From Candidatus Methanoperedens sp. (GTDB lineage: Archaea; Halobacteriota; Methanosarcinia; Methanosarcinales; Methanoperedenaceae), in contig JAPZAR010000012.1 in NCBI GenBank assembly GCA_027460535.1, positions 30,001 through 62,000 of the forward strand: a DNA stretch of 32,000 nucleotides, written 5' to 3'. Positions within the stretch are counted from its first letter, which is position 1. The number at the start of each line of letters is the position of its first letter. Both the position numbers and the translations under genes were made by a program. This document shows positions 7,538 to 16,868 of the stretch, piece after piece. The notes beneath the pieces are model-generated. The model saw only the letters and a list, made by a program, of their open reading frames with translations. It made no database searches and had not been told where the DNA came from.

Positions 7538-7915
7538 GTGCTGATGAGTATTAAAGGTTCAAGGAAAATCGATATGGATAAGAAAAAATCAGTTTTGGTA
7601 TTTTTAGGCGCCCTTTTTCTAATTATAGGGCTGTACTACCGGATTTACGATCCTGATAAAGGCAATATTTCATACGAATACCTGGGCCTGGGTACCTGGA
7701 TCAGCGGTCTGGTATATTTCACGCTTTTCCGGAAATACAAAGAGATAGCTTCTCTTATCACAGGTCTTATAATCCTTCATACCGGTGTAATCCTCCTTCT
7801 TACCAGGGTTTCAAATCCGAAAGTTCTTGGGCTACTTGTTTTCACAGCCGGGATTATCGTAGTTCTGAATTCCGGGTTTTCGGATTATATGAAAAAGAGA
7901 AAAATCAAGAAGTGA
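7538..7915 (+). CDS. Small membrane protein, 3-4 TM helices (hypothetical)
   Basis: 125-aa ORF (GTG start) with hydrophobic helices and a KKRKIKK tail. The ATG at 7574 (MDKKKSVLVFLG...) is a plausible alternative start. The 3' end overlaps the convergent gene 7905..9323 by 11 nt. Confidence 0.6.
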   Translation: MLMSIKGSRKIDMDKKKSVLVFLGALFLIIGLYYRIYDPDKGNISYEYLGLGTWISGLVYFTLFRKYKEIASLITGLIILHTGVILLLTRVSNPKVLGLLVFTAGIIVVLNSGFSDYMKKRKIKK

Positions 7916-9323
7916 CGAGTCTTTTATCCTCTTTCATAGCTTTCAGGAGTTCAAGCACCGAATATCCAGCCCTTGTAACACCCATGCTTCTATTATCGGT
8001 GTCGGTTCCAACAAGGTATAGATTGGCGATCGGTGAGCGGACCCCGGCAAAGAATCCATTGATGGTGACGGCAGCCTTTTCTGGAATGGTCACCTGGTAA
8101 TGCGTCATCTCAATTTTGTTCTCGATGCCGGGAACGGCTCTCAGGATAAGATCAAGCGCCTTCTTTTTCTCGCCTTCTATGTTCTCTTTGTCGTGGATGA
8201 CAAAGGTGAACCCGATCAATTGCTTTCCTTTTGGTGCAATGCATGGATCGTAATTACTGATGGGCATTGCCCAGTAAGCGCCGCCCTTGAACCATACCTC
8301 AGACCCCGTATAATCAAATTCCTTAATTTTTTCACGCAAACCAAGCCAGATCGTAAGGCTCAATGTCTGGTCTATGCGTGAAAGATTTTTTGCATAATCA
8401 GGCGGCAATGTGACAAGAGACGGAAGGGTTTTCGCGAAACCCGAATAAACAACAGTTTCCGCTTTGAAAGAATCATTATCTGTAGCAACTCCCGTAACCT
8501 TCTCACCTTCCATTCTTATCTCACGTACCCTTGTCCCCGTTTTGATCTCAACGCTTTTGGGCATGGAATATAAGACCGCATTCAAAAGAGATTTCAAGCC
8601 ACCCCGCGGATATGCCTGGGCATATGCCACTTTATTGGTGGCGAGCCTGCCCAATGATGAAAGATGGATTGCCAGCTGGTTTTTTGATAACCTCTCGGTT
8701 ATTATGGAGGCATAGGATGGATTTGATGGGATCTCTGCATCATCGAAAATATCTTCCGAAACGCTGTCCCTTATAAAACTGCTGCCGTATAACACACGGT
8801 TGACCGACGTCTCTTTCATGGATCTCCCGGAGAGGAAATAAGCGATCGCGTCCACAAAATCACACGTATCTTTGGAGAGGCCTTTTGGCATGAAATCATA
8901 GATGGATTGGTTTGCATCCACCATCCCGAAAGTCAATAGGGTCAATGCCTTTGTCAAAGACTGCGAAAGCATGAGCCTGTCTTTTCTCGGCAGGACATCG
9001 AAAGTGACGAATTCCTTTATATTTGATGGGATTTTTGTAAGCCCCTTTTCTGTACGTACATAGTAATGACCATAGTCCACGAACACTGGCATGTAAGTGA
9101 AATATTCATCCATTAATCTGCGCAGCGGTCCCTCCCTGAGATGCGTAATTGCATGAGGGCCCGTATCCACCTGGAAACCGTCCACATAATAGCTGTTGCA
9201 GTTACCTCCCACAGCGCCGTCTTTTTCAAGCACGAGGACTTTTTTCCCATTCTTTGAAAGAACAAGGGCAGATAGGAGGCCGCTTATGCCTCCACCAACA
9301 ATGATTACGTCATAATCCGGCAT
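7905..9323 (-). CDS. NAD(P)/FAD-dependent oxidoreductase, phytoene desaturase (CrtI)-like family
   Basis: 472-aa ORF. It has the N-terminal dinucleotide fold DVIIVGGGISGLLSALVLSKNGKKVLVLEKDGAVGG, then GFQVDTGPHAITH, and a C-terminal NLYLVGTDT motif. It is a paralogue of 13074..14306. Confidence 0.9.
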   Translation of the reverse strand: MPDYDVIIVGGGISGLLSALVLSKNGKKVLVLEKDGAVGGNCNSYYVDGFQVDTGPHAITHLREGPLRRLMDEYFTYMPVFVDYGHYYVRTEKGLTKIPSNIKEFVTFDVLPRKDRLMLSQSLTKALTLLTFGMVDANQSIYDFMPKGLSKDTCDFVDAIAYFLSGRSMKETSVNRVLYGSSFIRDSVSEDIFDDAEIPSNPSYASIITERLSKNQLAIHLSSLGRLATNKVAYAQAYPRGGLKSLLNAVLYSMPKSVEIKTGTRVREIRMEGEKVTGVATDNDSFKAETVVYSGFAKTLPSLVTLPPDYAKNLSRIDQTLSLTIWLGLREKIKEFDYTGSEVWFKGGAYWAMPISNYDPCIAPKGKQLIGFTFVIHDKENIEGEKKKALDLILRAVPGIENKIEMTHYQVTIPEKAAVTINGFFAGVRSPIANLYLVGTDTDNRSMGVTRAGYSVLELLKAMKEDKRLVTS

Positions 9324-9329
9324 GATGTC

Positions 9330-10007
9330 TTAGATTGTCCCATTGCTATTAAAAATCTTGCTGTGACCAAACCTGTTCAGCCTACGGAATATGCCGCGTA
9401 TGACCTGAACGATGACAACATACAGAGGAGCGACCCGTCCACCTGAGCTTGTCCTGCCTTCCCTGATCCCTGTGAGTACAGCTTCTTCATTTTTTTCCGC
9501 GTCTATGTCCGTATAACCGAGTCCGACGGTCGCAAGCATATGTGAGTCGCTCCCCCCGACTTCGGGTTTTCCAAGAGACAGTGCCATCTCTTTTGCCTTC
9601 GTGTTCTCACCGAATATACACCTTGAATTGAAAGTCTCGATTGCATCCAGCCCATCCACGAATCCAATGCTTCTTATCTTGAAGGGATGCGCCGCAATCA
9701 CCAGCCCGCCTTTCTGGTGGGCTATCTTGATAGTTTCAAGGGGCGTGAGGTTGGGCTGGATATTCTCCTTTACCCCGAGTACTAATACATGCCCTTCTGT
9801 CGTTGAGACCTCCATTCCCGGAAGCACAAGTAAGGAAAGATCCAGTTCACGGGCGCGCTTGATCCCCTGAAGGCTTCCCTCCACGGTATTATGGTCACAA
9901 ATCGCTATCCCGTCAAGTCCGTTTTTTACCGCCTTCATCAGGATGTCATCCACTGTCAGGCTCGAGTCCGATGAGAAATTGGAGTGGATGTGCAGGTCAA
10001 AGCGCAT
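9330..10007 (-). CDS. PHP-domain metal-dependent phosphoesterase
   Basis: 225-aa ORF. MRFDLHIHSNFSSDS...GLDGIAICDHNTVEG...GMEVST.EGHVLVLG...IAAHPF...GGSDSH are the classic PHP His/Asp motifs. It ends 6 nt before the start of the CrtI-like gene. Confidence 0.88.
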   Translation of the reverse strand: MRFDLHIHSNFSSDSSLTVDDILMKAVKNGLDGIAICDHNTVEGSLQGIKRARELDLSLLVLPGMEVSTTEGHVLVLGVKENIQPNLTPLETIKIAHQKGGLVIAAHPFKIRSIGFVDGLDAIETFNSRCIFGENTKAKEMALSLGKPEVGGSDSHMLATVGLGYTDIDAEKNEEAVLTGIREGRTSSGGRVAPLYVVIVQVIRGIFRRLNRFGHSKIFNSNGTI

Positions 10008-10053
10008 ACATAGATATTTCCCAAGATATTTAAAAAGTTAACTGTGGATTTTA

Positions 10054-10680
10054 TTATCTTGTCTTTTTAGTTATTTTCTTCTCAGGGCAGAGCTCAATAA
10101 TAGGGCATAAACCACATTTAGGCCCGATGGGTCTGCATATATCCTGTCCGAACCTGACAAACAGTTCGTTTATATACTGCCAGTGTTCCCTGGGCAGGAC
10201 TTCAAGAAGCCTTTGCTCGGTCTCTTCCGGGGTCTTTGTTCTTACAAGCCCCAGCCTGTTCGAGATGCGATGAACATGGGTATCCACTGCAATGGCATCC
10301 CTGCGGAAGCCGTAAACAATGACGCAGTTAGCGGTCTTTCTCCCCACACCTGGAAGTTTGAGAAGGGCATCAATATTGTCCGGGACTTTGCCCTTTAAGT
10401 CGTTCGAAATTATCCGCGCGATTTCCTTGATTCGCGGTGTTTTCACGCGGTAGAACCCTACTTCGCGTATCAGTTCCTCGATATCCTTAACATCGGCATT
10501 TGCAAGTGCTGCATATGTGCTGTATTTTGAAAAGAGTTTTTCCGCTGCCCTATCTGTAACCTCATCGCGGGTGCGCTGCGAGAGGACGGTGGTTATGAGC
10601 ACGCGGAAAGGGTCAGGCGAGTGGAATTTGCCGGGATGATAACGCTTTTTCAGGCGGGTTATGATTGTCTCAAGGGCCAT
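10054..10680 (-). CDS. nth: Endonuclease III (HhH-GPD DNA glycosylase/AP lyase with an Fe-S cluster loop)
   Basis: 208-aa ORF. It has the HhH-GPD core LLKLPGVGRKTANCV...AVDTHVHR and a C-terminal Cys cluster C..IGPKCGLCPIIELC. Confidence 0.93.
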   Translation of the reverse strand: MALETIITRLKKRYHPGKFHSPDPFRVLITTVLSQRTRDEVTDRAAEKLFSKYSTYAALANADVKDIEELIREVGFYRVKTPRIKEIARIISNDLKGKVPDNIDALLKLPGVGRKTANCVIVYGFRRDAIAVDTHVHRISNRLGLVRTKTPEETEQRLLEVLPREHWQYINELFVRFGQDICRPIGPKCGLCPIIELCPEKKITKKTR

Positions 10681-10807
10681 AATTCCACATTGGTTTCAAG
10701 ATTGATAAAACCTGCATTATAAGAAAACGTTCTGAATATGAAATGAGCCATGACGCGTTCTCCCACGTAACTTATTTTACCACGCACCACATCTATCACT
10801 CAACTCT

Positions 10808-12919
10808 ATGACAACCGAATGCACCGCCTGCAAAGGTACAGGTACCATAATCCTCAGCGAAAAGGAATGCCCCGACTGTAAAGGTTCAGGAAAACCAAAA
10901 TCAATAAGCCTTGAGAAACTGTCGGAAAAAGACTTAAGTAATCTCATGTCCGGAGGAATGAAATGCGCCACATGCGGCGGCACAGGAAAAATATCAGTCA
11001 CCGAGCCCTGCAAAGCCTGCAATGGCAGGGGAAAGTTCTTCACATGCACGGTCTGCGGCAAAGAAACAACGAAAGGGGACCTCTGCGAGAACTGCGCTAA
11101 AAAACCCTCTGTTCATATACTGAGTGCGGAGTGTGACACGCGTGAGCTGGAGGTAGGGAAGGTGTACGAAGGAAAGGTTCAGGGACATGCGAACTTCGGT
11201 GTATTTGTGGATATCAATCCGCAGCTCCGGGGTCTTATCCATTCAAGCAATATGAATTTCATTCCTGAAATCGGTGATAAGCTCTTTGTCGAGGTCAAAA
11301 ACATGGCCCCGAACGGCAACATCGAACTGCTCCCGCGCAGTCTCAAAGAGTACCAGCTTATTGAGGTCGAAAAGCAGCTTCCCAGAAGGAAGACAACAGA
11401 ACTCTCAAAATACCTTGGGAAACTCATCCATCTTTCTGGCGAAGTGATCCAGATAAAACAAACAGGAGGCCCCACGATATTCACCATCTCTGACGAGGAT
11501 GGGACAGTGCAGTGCGCGGCATTTGAGAAAGCAGGGGAGCGGGCTTATCCCGAGATAAAGTCGGAGACTATAGTCCGGGTGATCGGCGAGCCTTCGATGA
11601 GGAACGGAGCAATGCAGATCGAGATCCGTGCCATGAAGCAGCTATGGGGAGGGGATGCCACGGGCATCAAGGAACAGATCGAATCCGCGATAGACAGACG
11701 AGCAGAACCCCACGACACACAATTCCTTGTTAATAGCGAAATCCTGATTAAACTGAAGCCCAGGATGCGAAATGCTGCCAAACTTATTAGGAAGGCTATT
11801 TTTAAGTCCCGACCTATCATCATAAGGCACCATGCGGACGCAGATGGTATCACTTCGGCAATTGCAATAGAGCGTGCCATTCTGCCGCTTATCCGGGAAG
11901 TCGGAGGCTCTGATGCAGATCGTCATTTTTACAGGCGTTCCCCTTCCAAGGCGCCGTTCTATGAACTTGAGGACGTAACAAAAGACCTCACTTTTGCACT
12001 GGAAGACCAGGAGCGTTTTGCCCAGAAAATGCCGCTTGTGGTTTTAATGGACAATGGCGCCACTGAGGAGGACATGCCCGCGATGAAACAGGCTGCGATC
12101 TATGGCGTGGAACTCCTGGTCATTGATCACCATCACCCGGACGGCACCATAGATTCAATGGTGCTTGAGCACGTCAATCCCGCATATGCTGGGGGGGATT
12201 TCGGCATTACTACAGGCATGCTGGGCTTGGAGATCGCCCGGATGATAAATCCCGACATCACGGAAGAGATCAAACATCTCCCGGCGGTTTCAGCAGTCGG
12301 GGACAGGTCAGCTGCGCCTGAAGCCGGCCTGTACAAATCTCTTGTAGCTGATAAATATAAGCCAGAAGACCTGAAAAACATGGCATTGGCTATTGATTAC
12401 GAGGCATTCTGGCAGAGGTTCAACGATGGGCGAGGGATAATGAACGACATACTCAATCTGGGCTCCAATATCCGCCACCAGCAGATAGTGAAATTATTGA
12501 GCGACCAGGCAAATGCCGCTATTTCCGAGCAACTTGAGGCATCAATGCCCAATGTCAAGACTCAGAAACTGCCAAACGGCGCGATGTTGAATGTGATCGA
12601 TGTGGAAAATTTCGCCCACAAATTCACTTTTCCACCCCCGGGAAAAACAAGCGGAGAAATACATGACCGCTTGTGCTCAAAATATGATGGTCAGCCTGTG
12701 GTCACCATCGGATATGGTCCTGATTTTGCAGTGCTGCGATCAAGGGGTGTGGGGATGAACATACCCCAGATAGTGAAAGAACTGCACAGCGAGATCAAAG
12801 GAGCGGGTGTGAGCGGGGGTGGGCATCTCGTGGTGGGCAGCATTAAATTCGTAGAAGGGATGCGAAAGGAAGTGCTGGCAAAACTGGCTGAGAAGATAGG
12901 TGCGGCGGGAACCCAATGA
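10808..12919 (+). CDS. Archaeal RecJ-like DHH phosphoesterase with a DnaJ-type zinc finger and S1/OB domains (COG1107 type)
   Basis: 703-aa ORF with four CxxCxGxG repeats (CTACKGTG, CPDCKGSG, CATCGGTG, CKACNGRG) plus a CxxC...CxxC ribbon. An S1-like segment follows (GKVYEGKVQGHANFGVFVDI), then the DHH motifs HHADADG, VIDHHHP and the DHHA1 motif GGGH. Confidence 0.9.
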   Translation: MTTECTACKGTGTIILSEKECPDCKGSGKPKSISLEKLSEKDLSNLMSGGMKCATCGGTGKISVTEPCKACNGRGKFFTCTVCGKETTKGDLCENCAKKPSVHILSAECDTRELEVGKVYEGKVQGHANFGVFVDINPQLRGLIHSSNMNFIPEIGDKLFVEVKNMAPNGNIELLPRSLKEYQLIEVEKQLPRRKTTELSKYLGKLIHLSGEVIQIKQTGGPTIFTISDEDGTVQCAAFEKAGERAYPEIKSETIVRVIGEPSMRNGAMQIEIRAMKQLWGGDATGIKEQIESAIDRRAEPHDTQFLVNSEILIKLKPRMRNAAKLIRKAIFKSRPIIIRHHADADGITSAIAIERAILPLIREVGGSDADRHFYRRSPSKAPFYELEDVTKDLTFALEDQERFAQKMPLVVLMDNGATEEDMPAMKQAAIYGVELLVIDHHHPDGTIDSMVLEHVNPAYAGGDFGITTGMLGLEIARMINPDITEEIKHLPAVSAVGDRSAAPEAGLYKSLVADKYKPEDLKNMALAIDYEAFWQRFNDGRGIMNDILNLGSNIRHQQIVKLLSDQANAAISEQLEASMPNVKTQKLPNGAMLNVIDVENFAHKFTFPPPGKTSGEIHDRLCSKYDGQPVVTIGYGPDFAVLRSRGVGMNIPQIVKELHSEIKGAGVSGGGHLVVGSIKFVEGMRKEVLAKLAEKIGAAGTQ

Positions 12920-13077
12920 TTGTGGATGGCAGATGCGTGGGCTGCGGGCAGTGCGCCGCTTATTGCCCTTATGATGCGATAATTGTATTCGGGCGCGCCG
13001 TGATGGATGAAAAATGCATTGAGTGCGGCACTTGCGTCAGGTATTGCCCAGTAAGCGCAATTTCTGGGGAAGAATGA
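12916..13077 (+). CDS. Unannotated 53-aa 2x[4Fe-4S] ferredoxin
   Basis: Own translation gives MIVDGRCVGCGQCAAYCPYDAIIVFGRAVMDEKCIECGTCVRYCPVSAISGEE, with two complete CxxCxxCxxxCP motifs. Its ATG overlaps the TGA of the RecJ-like gene as ATGA (12916-12919). Its TGA overlaps the ATG of the next gene as ATGA (13074-13077). It is below the ORF-track length cut-off. Confidence 0.85.
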   Translation: MIVDGRCVGCGQCAAYCPYDAIIVFGRAVMDEKCIECGTCVRYCPVSAISGEE

Positions 13078-14306
13078 AAGCTGTCATCATAGGTGCCGGT
13101 CTCGGCGGCCTGCTTGCGGGAGCAAGGCTTGCAAAAGCCGGGAATGATGTAGAGATATTCGAGCGTCTTCCATTCATCGGGGGACGGTTTGCAAATCTGG
13201 ATTTTAAAGGTTTCAAACTCAGCACCGGGGCGCTTCATATGCTGCCCCACGGCTCCAGGGGACCGCTTGCACAGATGCTGCGTGATGTTGGGGCTAACGT
13301 GGCAATAATTAATTCAAGCCCCATGGCTGTGATAAAGATGGAGGCAGATGAGAATATCGAGTTCAATGATTTCCGAAAGCAACTTTCTATCACAAAACGT
13401 ATCAAGCTCGGGATGATACTTTTTTTCTCGCTGAAATTCAAACCAAAAAACGATATCTCATTCAGGGACTGGATCCTTAAATATTTTGACGATGATTTCC
13501 TGCTGAGGCTTGCCGATTCTTTTTGCGGCTGGGCATTGAGCCTCCAGGCAAAAGATGTACCGGCCAGGGAGATGCTGGAGATAATCGAGAATATGTATCG
13601 GTACAAGGGTTCAGGGGTCCCACTGGGCGGCTGCGGGGCGGTGACCGGTGCGCTGGCGGACATCATAAAATCAAACGGCGGGAAGATACACACTCTCTCC
13701 TGTGTTGATAAGATAATAACAGAGACTGACACGGCGATAGGGATCAGTGTGAATGGAGAAACGACCGGCGCGGAAATTGTGATCAGCGATATCGGGCATC
13801 TTGAAACCAGCAGGATGTATGAATGCACCGATGAAGCGTATTTGGGAAAAATAAGCGGGATGAGGCCGTCAAAGGGTATAAAGATCTGTCTTTCCGCAGA
13901 TGAACCCTTGATAGGTCACAGCGGTGTGTTTTTCACGCCTTTTGCACAGAGGATAAATGGCATCAATGAGGTAACAAACATAGATCCATCCCTTGCGCCC
14001 CCTGGAAAGCACCTTGTGATGTCCCATCAAGCAGTTTTATCAGATGACCTGGAGCAGGAAATAAATGCAGGACTTTCCGACCTGAAGCGACTCTTCCCCG
14101 GAAAGAAATACGAAGTTCTGATGGTCCAGTCATATTCTAACGGCTGGCCGGTGAACAGGGCATCTTCTGGCAGCGATAGCGGGAACAGGACGCCGATTCG
14201 CAATCTTTTTGTCGTGGGGGACGGTGCGAAAGGGAAGGGCGGGATAGAGGTGGAGGGCGTGGCACTGGGGGTCAGGAATGCGATGAGGGAGATAGGAATA
14301 GAGTAG
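13074..14306 (+). CDS. NAD(P)/FAD-dependent oxidoreductase, phytoene desaturase (CrtI)-like family
   Basis: The track ORF starts at a GTG at 13023 inside the ferredoxin gene. The ATG at 13074 gives the canonical MKAVIIGAGLGGLLAGARLAKAGNDVEIFER...GGR...GFKLSTGALHMLPHG start. The C-terminus has NLFVVGDGA. About 410 aa. Confidence 0.9.
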   Translation: MKAVIIGAGLGGLLAGARLAKAGNDVEIFERLPFIGGRFANLDFKGFKLSTGALHMLPHGSRGPLAQMLRDVGANVAIINSSPMAVIKMEADENIEFNDFRKQLSITKRIKLGMILFFSLKFKPKNDISFRDWILKYFDDDFLLRLADSFCGWALSLQAKDVPAREMLEIIENMYRYKGSGVPLGGCGAVTGALADIIKSNGGKIHTLSCVDKIITETDTAIGISVNGETTGAEIVISDIGHLETSRMYECTDEAYLGKISGMRPSKGIKICLSADEPLIGHSGVFFTPFAQRINGINEVTNIDPSLAPPGKHLVMSHQAVLSDDLEQEINAGLSDLKRLFPGKKYEVLMVQSYSNGWPVNRASSGSDSGNRTPIRNLFVVGDGAKGKGGIEVEGVALGVRNAMREIGIE

Positions 14307-14558
14307 TAGAAAATACAAAATGAAGTATTTATTTAATGGATAAATTACAATCTCTCAAGAGGATTGTGCGGTCTAAAGCAAAAGTTGTCAGCTATTAGTA
14401 AAATTTAGAGGAACCAAAAAATAGTAATTTTTTTGGATAGGATAGGAATACTCGGTTCCTCAAGATACACAATGTGGTTGACTATTTAAAGCGATTTTCC
14501 AAGATTATACCCAAATTAATACCAAATTTAATAAACAATGTGAATGTAAGAGCAATTC

Positions 14559-15464
14559 ATGGACGTCGTTCTGTCTAAACCTGTCGATTGTTTGTGTGAT
14601 TTCACATACGATTTTTACTGGCAGCATAAAGGGGGTCGGCTTTCTCCCTCCGGCATTATCCCTTTCCAGGAAGGGACTTCTTACACCTACTCCGATCTCG
14701 TTGCATGTTTGAAGAGGGAGGAGGATGTTCATATCATAGGTAATGCAGGGCGCAGGCTCGGAAGCAGTCTCGGGGTTGATCTCAAATACTTTGGCGGGAC
14801 AGGAAGTTCGCTGAAGGTTGGGTCGATCATCGTGGATGGTGATGTCGATACGCGCATGGGTATAAGCATGGTCTCGGGAGCCATGTATGTCAGCGGAAAA
14901 ATAGGACAGCCTCTTGGTAATGTTATCGAGGTGGAGTCAGACCGCTCTGGCTACAGGGAATACCGCTCCATCACGGAGGTGCTGCAGGCGGGGTCGAAAA
15001 TCCCGGTAATACCTCCCAATATCTTGAAAGAAAATACCCTCTTGATCAGAGACAATATAATCCGGGATACCATTGCCGCCAGGCTTGATTCCGGTTCCAG
15101 GGTCATTGTAGATGGGAATGCGGGAATGAGTACCGGTATATTGATGAAGCAGGGATATATTCACGTGGAGGGAGATTCGGGAATGAATACCGGGGTGCTT
15201 CAGAGAGGGGGTGTTCTGATAGTGAATAATACGGAGGAGTTCGCAGCGACAGAAATGAAAGGAGGGACTCTTATAATAAAGGGAAAGTCCAGAGGCTACG
15301 TAGGGGCGAACATGAAAGGAGGTGCAATATTTCTTAAGGGCGAAGCGATGCTCAAACCCATTGCGATTGATGAAAGCGATATCAGGATGCTTATCAAGCT
15401 CCTGGGAATAAGCCAGGTTGAAGCCATGATGTTTAAGAAATATGGCGTCCCAATGAAATCATAA
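14559..15464 (+). CDS. GXGXG-motif protein (FwdC / glutamate synthase domain-3-like beta-helix)
   Basis: 301-aa ORF with repeated beta-helix turns: IIGNAGRRLGSSLG, VDGDVDTRMGISMVSGAMYVSG, VDGNAGMSTGILMKQGYIHVEGDSGMNTGV and IKGKSRGYVGANMKGGAIFLKG. Confidence 0.8.
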   Translation: MDVVLSKPVDCLCDFTYDFYWQHKGGRLSPSGIIPFQEGTSYTYSDLVACLKREEDVHIIGNAGRRLGSSLGVDLKYFGGTGSSLKVGSIIVDGDVDTRMGISMVSGAMYVSGKIGQPLGNVIEVESDRSGYREYRSITEVLQAGSKIPVIPPNILKENTLLIRDNIIRDTIAARLDSGSRVIVDGNAGMSTGILMKQGYIHVEGDSGMNTGVLQRGGVLIVNNTEEFAATEMKGGTLIIKGKSRGYVGANMKGGAIFLKGEAMLKPIAIDESDIRMLIKLLGISQVEAMMFKKYGVPMKS

Positions 15465-16868
15465 ATGGATCGCCTTCCCCAGCGCCACCTCCGCGGCCTC
15501 AGCCAGCATTTCAGGAAGCGTGGGATGGGGATGTATGGTTCCAGCTAGGTCTTCGAGGAAAGCGGTCATTTCTATGGAATGCGATGCTTCGCTTATCAAC
15601 ATGGAGGCATTGGCCCCCACAATGTGTATCCCCAGTATCTCCCCATTCTTCTTATTCGCCACTATCTTAACAAATCCATCCGTCCTGTCCATCGTGAGCG
15701 CACTCCCTGATGCCCGGAATGGGAATTTGCCAGAGGTTATTTCATAACCTGCTTTCCTGGCAGTTTCTTCATCCAGGCCAACTGTGGCTATCTCCGGATC
15801 AGAGAAGACAGCCTCTGGTATCGCCCTGTTATCAAAAGCGCTTGGCAGTCCTGCAATAACCTCGGCTGCGACCTTCCCATCCCTGAAAGCCTTATGTGCC
15901 AGGAACGGAGGACCCACGATATCGCCAATGGCGTATATCTTTGCATCCGTAGACTGTCTTTTTTCATTGACTTTGATAAAACCTTTTCCATCAAGTTCGA
16001 CCTTCGTATTCTCAAGGCCAAGATTTTCGCTGTTCGGCTTTACTCCAACGGCAATCATTATTTTGTCAGCTTTGAGTTCTGTCTTATTATTCTTGTCATC
16101 CAGGACGGTCAATACCGATCCGTCTTTTTCCGTCCGCAAACTTTCCGGCCTGGAATTATAATACACATCTATTCCAAGTTTTTTGAATTTCTGGCTTACC
16201 ACATCGACCAATTCAGGATCGAATTTTGTGAGAATCCGGGATGATCGCTGGATCATCTTTACCCTTGTTCCGAGTTTTGCATACATTGTCCCGAGCTCCA
16301 CGCTGATATACCCTGCCCCTATTATCACCATGTCCTGGGGAACTTTCGTTAGCCCCAGCGCCTCATTTGAGCTGATAACGAGTTTGCCGTCGATGGGAAA
16401 TCCCGGGAAATCCTGGGGACGCGAGCCTGTGGCAATTATGGCATTTCCGAACCTGATGGTTGAGGTTTCACCGTCCGGCAATTTGATCCTTGCCTTATCC
16501 GATGACTCTAAATAAGCCTCACCTTTTATCACCTGCACACCGTATTTCTTGCAGAGATGACTTATGCCATCCCTGAGTTTTTTTATGACTTCGTATTTCC
16601 ACTGCTGGAGCTTTTTATAATCGAATTCGACCGAACACTTTATTCCTCTATTGCCCGGATTCCTTATGTCATAGATAAAATCGGCCGCATGTATAAGGGT
16701 CTTTGAAGGGATACAGCCCCTGAAAACGCAGGCGCCTCCCAGGTCATATTTTTCAACAAGTATAACATCCTTGCCGAGCTGGGAAGCACGTATAGCTGCC
16801 GTATAACCCCCTGGCCCGCCCCCGACGACGAGAACATCGCATCCCGTGACGATATCTCCCATTACCAT
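15459..16868 (-). CDS. lpdA: Dihydrolipoyl dehydrogenase (E3)
   Basis: 469-aa ORF. It has the FAD fold DVLVVGGGPGGYTAA, the redox disulfide GGACVFRGCIPSK, the NAD fold VIIGAGYISVE and a C-terminal HPHPTLPE dimer-interface motif. Its ATG immediately follows the TAG of E2. Confidence 0.95.
   Translation of the reverse strand: MVMGDIVTGCDVLVVGGGPGGYTAAIRASQLGKDVILVEKYDLGGACVFRGCIPSKTLIHAADFIYDIRNPGNRGIKCSVEFDYKKLQQWKYEVIKKLRDGISHLCKKYGVQVIKGEAYLESSDKARIKLPDGETSTIRFGNAIIATGSRPQDFPGFPIDGKLVISSNEALGLTKVPQDMVIIGAGYISVELGTMYAKLGTRVKMIQRSSRILTKFDPELVDVVSQKFKKLGIDVYYNSRPESLRTEKDGSVLTVLDDKNNKTELKADKIMIAVGVKPNSENLGLENTKVELDGKGFIKVNEKRQSTDAKIYAIGDIVGPPFLAHKAFRDGKVAAEVIAGLPSAFDNRAIPEAVFSDPEIATVGLDEETARKAGYEITSGKFPFRASGSALTMDRTDGFVKIVANKKNGEILGIHIVGANASMLISEASHSIEMTAFLEDLAGTIHPHPTLPEMLAEAAEVALGKAIHL

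Noticed and set aside
7806-7823. gggtttcaaatccgaaag, resembling a tRNA T-arm. It also shares the 11-mer AAATCCGAAAG with 2521-2535 (reverse complement) and 23301-23311.
   Set aside because: It lies inside a membrane-protein coding frame (…SNPKV…), has no flanking acceptor or anticodon arms, and is most simply a chance match.
13023-13073. An N-terminal extension (MRHLRQVLPSKRNFWGR) of the CrtI-like ORF from a GTG start.
   Set aside because: The extension lies out of frame over the 3' half of the ferredoxin gene. The canonical dinucleotide-binding N-terminus begins at the ATG at 13074, which forms an ATGA junction with the ferredoxin stop.
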